Assembly (NCBI GenBank): GCA_964187785.1
Contig: OZ076410.1
Coordinates: 97,526,001-97,590,000, forward strand
Direction of reading: 5' to 3'
Length of the DNA: 64,000 nucleotides
From: Amphiscolops sp. MND2022
Lineage: Eukaryota
Part shown: positions 50,471 through 61,800 of the stretch, one piece after another
How positions within the stretch are numbered: position 1 is the first letter of the stretch
How the letters are laid out: each line of letters starts with the position of its first letter
Program-made: the position numbers and the translations under genes
The notes under the pieces: generated by a model
What the model saw: the letters and a program-made list of their open reading frames with translations, nothing else
What the model was told of the DNA's origin: nothing
Database searches by the model: none

Positions 50471-51125
50471 ATGGAAACCTACGCCTATGTTTACCGAATT
50501 CTTGGCGAATGTGACGGACATTTGTTCCGCAAAAGGTATGAACTCAGAAGTCGACCTCATCTAACGTTTTTCCAACTAGCCAGCGAATCTGTTTTTGATG
50601 AACTTTTGACAAGAAAAAAAGTTTTTATTGCTGAACAAAACATTGCACGCGGCTTATGAAGCAGCTGCGATTAGTGGCATGCAGTTCAGAGAAGCTTCTT
50701 ACAATGGATATGGCTGCTTTAACTCAACTGGTCGGACAATGGATAAAAAGCATCAGCCTAGTCTTCTTGGGCTCTTAACCAAAATTCCAGAAAGCGAATT
50801 TGAATCTTGCCAATTGTCCGTATTTGACGACACTCCAAGATGTAAGTACAATCAAATTATGGTTGGACAGGCTAGGTTTGTCAATCATTCCTGTGAGAAC
50901 AACGCGATCTTTGTGCCCAGTTACTTTCAGAACAAAAAGTCTGTGAGAATTCAACTTGTCAAATCTGTTGGTCCAGGGGAAGAAATTCTTGTTTGGTATG
51001 GTAGCGATTACTTCGGAGAGCACAACAATGAATGTAAGTGCAAAGCTTCCTTTCACGAAAAGAGATTTGAGTTGTTGTCGTCTGCAAAAACAACTCGAAA
51101 TATTTCATCACATTCCCAAGAATAA
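50471..51125 (+). CDS. SET-domain protein, Suv4-20/KMT5B-like (one-base frameshift in the A7 run at 50614-50620)
   Basis: ISGMQF...LLGLLTKI...LSVFDDTPR...IMVGQARFVNHSC...GPGEEILVWYGSDYFGEHNNECKC parallels Suv4-20 (SGF...LVGCIAEL...FSVMYSTRK...LWLGPAAFINHDC...[24 protein letters not shown]). Removing one A joins 50471-50659 to 50628-51125. Confidence 0.85.
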
Positions 51126-51305
51126 CAATAAAGCGAAATCGGGTTCAGTTACCTCGCCTACTTCAAAAGAGAAGACGTGTGGTTCCAAGTTACGTTGAGC
51201 CTGACACACCATCTTCTAGTCCTGACGAATTGGATGTTGAACAGAACGAGATGAACTCTCTACCTGAGATGACGCTCGGCATGCCATCGACGAGCACACC
51301 CTTAC

Positions 51306-53449
51306 ATGAATTATCTTTCCCGAACTTTTCTTCTTCGAATATTGTCACTGGAAACAAAAACAAAGGACCACGTCTTGTTGGGAAATGAGCTTTCATCTTT
51401 CCCAACGATGACACCGACGATGTCTTCATCTTATTTTAGTGATAGTTCTTCGGCTCCAAATAGTGATAGCCTTTCCGATGGTGATAATCGGAATCCTCTT
51501 TACCCTGGCTCCCTTATCAGTGTCGAAAACTTCTTGTTGACCATAGAAGCTATAGCTGTGTCTTATTGTCTTTCAGACAAAGCGATGCGAGACCTTTTGA
51601 AATTTCTTCAAATCATCCTACCATCTGGTAACAAATGCCCAAGTGAGAGAACTTTGAAACGTTCCCAACGATCTGCGTTGCCGTATAGAAGTGAAAAATG
51701 TGGATCTAGTACACTGGCTTTCCTATCACCTGCCTCTGAACTAGAAGCTGTGATCAAGAGTAATTATGAATCAATCCGCAAATATGACAGTGACAGAATC
51801 GATTGCCTCGACTTGAAACTGCCATTTTCCACTGGCATTATTTCCAATGATGAGTTCATTGCACATCTTATTTTGAATGTTGACGGCGTTTCGTTGGTTA
51901 AATCTTCGAATCGAAGCTTGTGGCCGGTTTGGTTATCATTAGCCAATCTCCCAACCATTCTCCGGTCTGCTTTCAGGAATATAGTTCTAGCTAGTTTGTG
52001 GTTGACTTTTGGAAAACCAAGTTGGGAAATTGTCATATCTTTGTTGGAGAGAGAGTTTCAAGAAGCTCGGTTCATTCATCTCATTGGAAAAGTTGTGCGC
52101 TTGAAATTCCAAATTATATTAATGATGGCTGATCTTCCTGTAAAAGCTTCCATTTTGTGTCATAAGCAATTTAATGGGCAGTATGGGTGTTCACTGTGTT
52201 ACTGTCCCGGCAAGGTGATCAAATGCGTCATTAAATCTGGTAAAAGCTCGCACATTCGCATGTACGAGGCTGACAGTGAAATTCGAATGCGAACTGGGGA
52301 ATTCCATTTACAGCATCTATCTGACTTGTCTCACATAAATAGAAAGCCTCTCATTGCGAATTTTAGTGTTCTCGGTCGAAGCCATTTGGATAGGTTGTTA
52401 CCCAGTTTCCCCTTAACATGGCCAATCGACTACATGCATCAGGTTCTAGTAGGGGTGATGAGAAGCTTTCTGAATGTGGCGTTGACAAATTAACTACCCG
52501 GAGCAAAGAAATAATTGATCTTTTTCACAAGTCCTTAAAAGCTCCGAGTGTAATACGGCGAACCCCCAGACCACTTTTTGAGCTCAAACATTACAAAGCT
52601 TTCGAGCTCGAAACTTGGCTTCTCTATATTGGTCCTGTAGTTTTTCAGCTGCTAGAAAGTGGAATTTACTCTGCTTTTATGAAGTTGTCTTCGGCTGTTC
52701 GAAGTTTGCTTTCAGGCTGCTCCGAGCTCGACACCTGTGAATCTCTTCTAAATGAATCCTGTCTGTTCATGGCTAACATAGATAAGAAACCAAAAACATA
52801 TAAGTTGCACTCTTTGCAACACCTAGCCTGGCAGGTTAAAAACTTTGGTCCTCTGTGGACTACTTCCGCTACAGCATTTGAACCAGCGCACCACATTTTA
52901 GCTGTTAAATTCACAGGCTGTGTTAATCATTTGGAATTCCTGGTGGAAAGATATTCGAGATGTAAACGGTTATTTCGAACCGAGTTTAAATATCCTCTTT
53001 TGGGCGCTTTCTTCGAACGAACTTTGAGCACTGAGTCCAAAATTGACCGCATGATTTCGATGCAGCTTATGAAACAATTCAAAGAACGCGGTTTCAAGTT
53101 GAAGGCGAGAACAAAGGTCGAGCGACTCGTCAACGAATCCGAAAGTTACGAGTTATATCAGAGTGCAAGTTATGTCGAGTTTCAATTTGAACGCAAAGTT
53201 TCCATTGGACGGGTTCTTTTTTTCTACGAGAAAAATGGCAGGGATCGTTGTCTCATTGAAAAGTTGGAATGCGTAGAACTTGCAATCCCCGGAAACTGTA
53301 GTGACATGAACGCTTTTGTTTTCGTTTTTGTGAAAACTGGTGCGATACGCGATCTTGATTTATCATGCTTGAAGGGCTTGTTTTTGCGTATGAGTTTTCA
53401 GGACAAAATCTACTTTGTGCGACTGTTACTTCATTTCCATCATAACTGA
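51306..53449 (+). pseudogene. EnSpm/CACTA (CMC superfamily) DDE transposase, one frameshift near 52480
   Basis: PLYPGS N-terminal motif; LNVDGVSL (D1); SLWPV...NLP; ADLPVKA (D2); QFNGQYGCSLC; IDYMHQVLVG; LWTTSATAFE (E). Confidence 0.9.
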
Positions 53450-53910
53450 ATATATTGAAAACATTTGTCTTTTTCAAAGTTGTTGCATTCGGAAGAGGAC
53501 CTCTTCAGGTCGCCTCCCCAGATAACTGGCATGTATCGATCATTATTGATTCTTCATTTGTTCTTATCTTGCACAATCGACATTTGTAATCATTGAAAAA
53601 AATGTGCTCGACTGTTGTTTTCCTCTTTAAGAGAATTTTGTTCTAAGTTTGTTTATTCTGCCCCATAAAATTTTGTGCAGGGGAGTTATTTTATCGAAAG
53701 TGAAGCGTTTTTTTTCAAAGTCTGCAAAATCCGACATTTTTGAACATGATCTCTATTCCAGGTAATTTTGTTCCGGGCATGACCAATAGTCGTGAAAATA
53801 AAAGATGTGGAACCTTCATACAATCCACATCTAATCGCTGTTTCTGTTCTATCCCAACAGTGTTGGTTTTTGATCCCATCCTAAGTCATGTAGATCTCAT
53901 TGGCAGTGTT

Positions 53911-54510
53911 TATAGTCGGCGCTTTTCTATTAAGGGAAAAATGCCCGTCTAGAGCACTGACAGTTTTTTTTCTTCAGACAACAATCCTCACACTGATTGG
54001 TCCACTTTTCTTACAATTCTTACGATCTTAAAATCTTACAAATCTTACTTAGCAAATTTAAAATACTGGAACAAAAGCTTGCGAAGTAGTGTTTATACAT
54101 CATCTAAGAAACTCAAAGGGACCAAAGGGTACTCCCTTAGTGTATTTTCGGCTCTTTGAGACTTTTTTTCCAAAAAAGAAATACCCAGAAGGGTCCGCCC
54201 TTCAATTTTTTGGAGTTTTCCGACAGAACGGATGTTGAAAAATCCCAGAGGGTCCCCCTTCAGTTTTTTCGGCATCGTGAGACTTTTTTTCAAAATTTTT
54301 TTTCCACCAAAAGTGCCTCTCCTTCACTTTTTTTGATGATTTGCGCCAGAATGGATGAAAAATCTCAAAGCGTCTCTTCTGGTGCGCCAATTCGGTTCAA
54401 CTTTTGGGTTTTTTCCGGTACCGTAGAAGAGAATACTTTGACACTTTGAAGTCCTTTTGCTGTTTTTGACCCTTTGATATGGCGCCGACTTGGGCCGTTC
54501 CCTGCTTGTT
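53911..54510 (-). mobile_element. Family A copy 7
   Basis: TAGTCGGCGC at 53913 and GGCGCCGACTTGGGCCGTTCCCTGCTTGTT ending at 54510. Confidence 0.75.
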
Positions 54511-55179
54511 AGAAATTTTGTTCGCTTTATTTATATCTTTCATCTTTTAAAAAAAATTGTACACTTCATTACTATCCGGGGTTTTAATAACTATTTCTGA
54601 TAGTTTTGAATATAGTGTTCCTTCTTCTTCTTCTTATTCAGATATCAATATTGCAGGTGTTGTATTTTACTTCTTGTAAACTTTTTTGGGACCCGATAGA
54701 GGCCACGTTCCCGTCGTGGGTCCTGTCATGAGTGATTGGAATGCCATACTAGCTGAGAGCCTCTCTTCACAAACACAGTATAATGACTTGGGTATAATTC
54801 TGAAAGCTCTGCTTGTGGAGAACCTAGAAAGTCCGGCAACTTTGAATATAATTTCATCTAGTTTTGTTGTGGAATTATTCCTTTGCAGAGATGTCAATCC
54901 CATGATATCCGCTTAATTTGTGCTCTTTTTCGGTATTTCCATCATTTTTGAGGGTCTTTTCGGAATTCATCAATCCGAAACTAGATTTTATAGTATTATT
55001 CTTTTCATAATTCATCGAATCTGGTGTATCCAGTTCAACGGCCAGTTCAAAAACTGGGCCTTCGCATTAATTTGCATCGATGATCATCCTCGGCGTCGGG
55101 GAATTAATCCATGAATCATGGGTTTATCATCATGGGAATATCCATGAATTAGCCATGATGGTTAACCTGGGAAGAGAAT

Positions 55180-55427
55180 AGCAAATGAATGTAAATACTT
55201 AGAGGATTGTCTCTACAACTGTTTGGACATTTCAGGCAAAAAAATACCATAATTTTTTTGATATTATTGTCCAAAATAGCAGAAATTTACGTTTGAAACA
55301 AGCTAAAATTGTATAAAAAGGCCCCTATTTCAGCGCAAATTTTATCCGCTATAGTTCTAACGAGCAACTTTTAACTGACAGTCAATGTAATGGATAGGAT
55401 TATGTCGACATCAATTATTTTATTGCA
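55180..55427 (+). mobile_element. Family B MITE, internal fragment
   Basis: Colinear with 195-425 (AATACTTAGAGGATTGTCTCTACAAC...ATTATGTCGACATC). Confidence 0.75.
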
Positions 55428-55856
55428 CCAAAATTTCTACGCAAACGATACCGACGTAATGGTATTTGAACCTTGCGTCTTATGTTCCTCCTGCGGCCGC
55501 TGGGTGGGGGGAAAAGTCACATAGTCCCAATTTTTTGTAGTAAAGAAGACGAAAGAATCATATCAAAAGTGGGCCATCCCGAACCCTTATAAGACTACAC
55601 CGTTGCTGGTTTGGTTCATTGCAATAGACAATTCTGATGAAAATGACAAAACCTAACAGCTGCGTATATCCTGAGACCCTTGTTTTATTCTACCCCGAAA
55701 GAATAATTGTGCTGCTTCAAGTTTGAAAATACCTTTTTACTTCGAATACATACTTTTTCGTTAAAAAACCAAAAGTGTCAGCCAGATCGACTTTCTTTAA
55801 ACAAAACTTTGTGGACACAAGGCATACAAACAATCCAAAAGACCAAAAAATGCACC

Positions 55857-58800
55857 TGTAAAGGCTGATTCTAGTAGCAAATGCGTTCGAACCGTCGGCC
55901 TGTCCCTGGAATAAATTTAACTTGCAAAAAATTGAAAAGTTCCCGAAAACTTTACGAATCCGTGATGAAAACTGAATATTTCAACTTCTAAAACAGCCAC
56001 AACTTAATTTCGAGAAGTCAATTTTCCGTTCTAATATGGTTATACAACATCTCAGGTACATCGAATAATAGTGGAAACAATATAGAAGCAAATATTTATG
56101 CGTAAATAGGAAGTTATGAGAGTATATCCGCTGATTTACAACAAGTAACTACACTTTCGTGATCAGTAAATACACTATCTTGGGCACTTTCTGCCTATCT
56201 AAGTAGGCTAATATTGGCTACAAATACTCAAATATGTTCGCACAACACGATCACAAACAAATATGAGGGCTAAAGTGAGTTAAACAGGAAATGGAGGGCA
56301 ATATTTGCCAAAAAAGTGATATATTGATCGAAAAGTCCAAAAACCCCCCAGAAAAAAATAAAAAATTAAAAAATCGAAATAATTTCCAGTTTTTTGTCCT
56401 AGATCGGTAGTTTGGGTCAAAATATTAGGGTTGTCACTAATCCGGGCGTCAATTTCTTATTCGATGTTGAAATGTGGCTCGTTGAATGTACCAAATTTTG
56501 GGTTATTTTCGGTTGTCAACTTTCAGGCTTTTTCATCGCCGGCCCTGTGTTTCACTTGGGGAGGAACACACTCAGTGTCGTCCATTACACGGGACAACTT
56601 GACTGTAGGTCGAGAAACAACCCCAGATTGGGTGAGGATGTCACAAGATCGAATATAGCCATCATTCCCAAAATGGCACTTTTTGACTCTACCAAGGCGG
56701 TAAAAACCTCGTTTTTCACGATGATCGATAATCCACACCAGGTCGTTTTCTTTCAATTGTGGACGTTCCTTGTACCATTTCTGGCGGATATTATGCACTG
56801 GGAGATACTCTTTCAGCCATCTTGCCCAAATGTTGTCCATGTGAGCCTGCGCAACTCGGAACATCTTTCTGTGATTTTGGTACATATGGAATAGCAATAC
56901 TAATAGAAAATGATGAGGCGTTAAAACCTCCATGTCGGAAGAATCATTAGAGTTAGGCGTGAGAGAGCGAGAATTTAGCAGTTGGTCACTGAGACAAAGA
57001 ATTGTAGCTAAGAGCTCGTCAGTAAGCCTCTGACCATTCAGAACGTGGTAAATGGCTTTTTTGCATGTCTTCACCATTCGCTCCCACGAACCTCCGAAAT
57101 GTGGCGCTGCAGCCGGGTTGAATTTCCAAACGATTTTCTTTTGGCGAAGTTTTTCTTGGAAATCGTCATTTTGCCACATTGATGCAAACTGCTTCAGCTT
57201 GTACCATTATGGCTCCAGATTGTTGATGGGTGACCTCTTCTGGCAATGAATAGTGAAACAGCACTCCGACAGGAGTCAGTATCTAGCGAATACACCATTT
57301 CGAGGTGTATGGCCCTTGTCGACAGGCAGGTAAAGACACACACCCATCTCTTTGAGGTTTTTCTCATGTATTTTACCTCTATGGGCCCAAAATAATCGAC
57401 TCCAACATAAGTAAAAGGAAAATCTATTTTCTCAACTCTTTCTCTTGGTAGGTCAGCCGCCATGATTGGAGCTTGGACAACGGCACTGTATTTCCTGTAT
57501 GGAAAGCAGCGATTTTTGATGTTCCGCAAGGCGTTTCTGAGGCCCAATATCCAGAATTTCTGTTGCAATCCATGTCGCATACTCTCAACGCCTTAATGAT
57601 AATTGTCCAAATGACATTTCAGCATCATCAGTCGCGTTGCAGGATGCTTGGATGGTAGAAGGATTGGGTGTTTAGTATCGAATTCGAAATCAGCTTTTGA
57701 TAAACGCCCACGTCCTCTCATAATACCCTGATTGTCGATAAACAGGCAAAGTTGTGCAACGTTTGATTTATGGGAAAACTCTTTTCCATTGACTAGGTTA
57801 TCACATTCAGTGGTAAAAGATTCCTTTTGAACCAATTTGAATATGATTTGCTCTGTATTGTGATATTCATCCAATGAAATCAATCCTCTTACTCGTTTGG
57901 AATTTCTCCAGCGTAGTATGTAACAAATAGTATGAATTAATTGAGTCCAAGAACTAGATCGTTCCCATTGTATCTCAAGTGGCTTGTTTGGTAATATAGT
58001 TACTACTTGAGATGTTTCTGAAAAGTCCTCAACAATAGTGCACGCAGCAGTAGCTTTTGGCCAGTGAGCTTCGTTCTCAACCAGCCACGCCGGCCCGTTT
58101 AGCCACACACTCGACGAAATTTCATTGGCTCTCATCCCTCGCGTACCAAGATCTTCTGGATTTTGTGCGCCAGGGACATGATTCCATTCACGCAGCTTGG
58201 TGTTTTCCAAAATTTTCCCAATACGATTCGCAACAAAAATTTGTTGCTTCTTTTCAAATGCATTCAACCATTGTTGATGAATCACTGTTGATGAATGGAT
58301 ACTTTTGTCCGTGAAGCATGAAGGGCTGCTTGAAGCTCCAATTTCGGAATTGTAGTAGTTTTGATAGGAGCCACTCTTGTTTTCCCAATTACGAAAAAAA
58401 CTTTGACCTCGTCATCAATCTCAAACCTCAAGTAGGGAACGACACAAAGTCCCATTTCTGATGCATCGGCAAACACATGTAATTGTACATTACTGCCACG
58501 CTGCCAGCCATAATGTCTGTTTATTGAGAGTTCCTTCAGAACTGGAATTTCTTGTGACCAATCAAGATATTGTTTTGCAACATTGCGGAATTTCTTCATC
58601 CCAAGATTTCAAAGCCTTCTGCCAAATAAGTTGTAAAATAGGACAAATTCTGATTGTGAAGGGTGAAGCCAGTCCCAATGGATCAAATATGGAGGATGCC
58701 ACGGACAGAACCACTCTGTGAGTGATTATGGTAAGCTCTTTGCCTGCAAAACCACGGCATAGTTTGAGATCATCCGAGATGAGGTTCCATTCCAATCCCA

Positions 58801-61800
58801 AAGCCATAACACTCTCCACGTCACTGTCTTTCTCGCACAATTCTTTCACGTTTGATTGCCATTTAGAAAGCTTGAAACCGCCTTTCTGCAAGAGAGATAT
58901 CAGGTTTTGTTTCAAAGATTTTGCATCCTGGATATTTTCCGCAGAATACAGGAAGTCGTCCATATAGAAATTTCGCTTCACAATTCTTGCAGCAACTTGG
59001 AATTCTTCCTCATTGTCTGTGGCTGTACGTTGTAAAACATAAATTGCACATGTTGGCGAGTCTTTGGCGCCAAGTATATGTCGGGTGTATTCATACGTGG
59101 ATATTTCTCCTGATTGATTTTCTCGCCAAACGAAACGAATGCATTTTGCATCTTCTGGAGGGACTTGTACCTGCAAGAACATTGCTTCAATGTCTACGCT
59201 CATGCCAAACGGCTTCTCCCGGAACCGGAATATTATCCCCACAAGATTCTGCAGTAAATTCGGACCAATGAAGAGACTTTTGTTCGAGGATTGTCCCTCG
59301 AATTCGCTCGCTGCATTGCAGACGCGCGTAAATTTTCCAGGTTTGTTTGGGTTAATTACTGGGTGATGGGGTAAATACCACTGATGATCATTTCTAGTGT
59401 TTTGAAGCTCAGCTGGTTCAAGTATCCGAATATAACCCGAATCGTGGTCCGTCTTGATTGTATCAGAGTACGAAGCTTTGAGTTCTGGGTTTTTGGCCAG
59501 TCGGTTTTCGAGTGACAAGAACTGCTTAACAGCACTTCGATAATTGTTTGGCAGACTGGAACGAGGAGAATTCCACAACATTCCCACGGTGTACCTGTCA
59601 TTTTCACAGCGCGTTGTCTTTTCCAAAGTTTCGAGTGCTTTAACATCTGATCTGGATCGCCCATCCGCTTTCACTCGTGAACCATAGTTTTCATTGTCCC
59701 ACCATGTCTTGATTTGCTCGTTCAAGTCGAAGTCGGCAGATTGATAAACCGAACTATGACATGATGTCAGTGACGACACAATCTTTTTTGGCAATGGTCC
59801 ACTGACTGCCCACCCCAAAGAACATCGAACTGCCCAGGGCTCACCTGGCTGTCCACGTTCATATTCTAAGGGTCGAGTCAATGAGAAGCAATCCGTTCCA
59901 AGGATAACTTTAACATCTTTCAGTTTGAAATTGTTTGAAGGAACTTTGGCCAGTTGAGGGTACTGACTCTGCATTTTTCGAATATCGTAAAAACTCTCAC
60001 CAATAACAAGTTTTTGATGAATAGCCATCTGGATATCTTCGTTTCCGTAATCCTTCGAATGAATGGTGACATTGAAAATCTCACTGTCGTGGCATTCAGT
60101 ACCATTTATTCCGCTGACAGTTAGACCGCGCTTGATTCCCTGCAGATTGAGTTGATCTGCTGACGTTTTATCAATCTATGACAGACTAGACCCACTATCA
60201 ACTAACGCCAGGAGTTTCACCCTGTTCCCATTGTTTGAGAGCTCCACTTTGTACACAGGTAGAATGCCAAAAGTGTTCAAACTTACGCTTGCATGAGTCT
60301 CCACAATCTCCGTTGACGTCGTATTAGAGATTTTGGGCTCTTCCGGTCGGTGCAGTAATCTGTTGTGATGTCTTTTGCAACCGTCGATTCCACATTCTTT
60401 CATCTTGCAATCCTTCACAGCATGCCCCCCTCGGAAACATAGGAAGCACAATTTATTTTCCTTCACCTTTTTGTATCGGTCGATAGGGGTCAGTTTCTTG
60501 AAGGCATCACAAGCCCATAATCCATGGGTATTGCTGCAGACAACACATTTGATTGGACCTTTTGGATTAGAATTAAAAGTAGACAACCCAGTCTCGTTGG
60601 CGGTCGCGGACATGGATGATCCTGTTGTTTTTGTTCGGTCAGCCGACGTGGACTGCTTCTTGTCGTTGCTTTGCCTGAATTGAACGAGCAGTTCATCATA
60701 AACGAATGCAATGTCGTTCAACCACTCACTAAATTTACTGAAGTTTGCAGTTTGGTATTTTTGTCCTTTCGCATAGAACATCCATTTTGTTTTCAGCTCT
60801 GGAGGTAGTTTTCTTACAGCGCTGTTCAATACAGACTCTGAGCTGAGATCGCCAGTAAAGCCGTATTGATTCAAAACACTAACACACGTCGTTATGAGTT
60901 GGGAGTATTTGATAATAGCTGCTGAGTCGTGAGATTTGATGAAAGGATACGTGTGGATAAGTTTCATTTGAGCATTAACCACTGTCTGGGGTCGACCAAA
61001 GTTGCGGACCAACGTGTCCCAGGCAGTGTGATATAAAGCTCCAGAGTAACCAAGGCCTGCGATTGCAGCTTTGGCTTTGCCTTTCACCAACGTTTTCAAA
61101 TGGCTCAATTTCGCGTTGTCGTCGATTGGCGCATTGTGAATTACTGCATTAAATAGATTGGACCTTTCGGGCCACTCCAAAGGATCACCTGCAAATTCGG
61201 TCATCTTCAGTTTTGGTAGACTGGATGTTTGGACCGTCCATTGGGGCAGGATAGGTTGTTGGAAAGGCAATGAATTGAGGCGTGAGATCCTGTTGGGCAG
61301 TTCGCAGTTTGCATTGAGATGTCGTTCTGGTGAGAATGTTCTTGATTTCGAACGACTTTGGCTTCTATCACCTCGGCCACTTACCCTTCTGTCTTTGCGG
61401 TTGGTAGAAGGATCCTTTCGCGCAATTACTTTCGGTGGTTGTCCTCTACAAATTCCTGAAGCCACTGGATCGCTTGAGATAACAGTGTTACCCCCTGCAG
61501 TTTTCACAGCCATCTGCGAATTTTGCTTTTGAATATCCACAACGTGGCTGTTTTGATCTAACCAGCTTTTGATGTCACTGTTTTTAACAGCATCGATTGA
61601 TAACGACATCAGACTGGGACTAACAGTTGACCCATTACAAGAGCCTTCTGCTTCCTCGATTTGAAGTTTCATTTCCTGCATCTTCAGGGAGGTCTGATCC
61701 CGTAACTCAGTCAACTCGGTTTCAGCTTGCACGTCTTCGAGTTTCAATTCCATCTCCATTTCCAGCTGTCGCTGCTTGCGTTTCAGCTCTAATTCTCTTT

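Larger units (their letters stand above)
43271..53908 (+). mobile_element. Putative large EnSpm/CACTA (CMC) DNA transposon with SGNH, BEN-like and SET cargo; boundaries tentative
   Basis: CMC transposase at 51306-53449; co-oriented upstream ORFs linked by shared internal repeats. Candidate ends CACTA (43271) and CAGTG (53908) match over only ~5 bp. Confidence 0.55.

Noticed and set aside
50621-50664. 44-nt GT-AG intron as the explanation for the SET frame change
   Set aside because: It would delete the helix that precedes SG(F/M) in Suv4-20-type domains; a single extra A in the A7 run is simpler. Not fully excluded.
50471-53449. SETMAR/Metnase orthologue
   Set aside because: The SET domain lacks a pre-SET Cys cluster and resembles Suv4-20; the transposase is CMC-type, not mariner.
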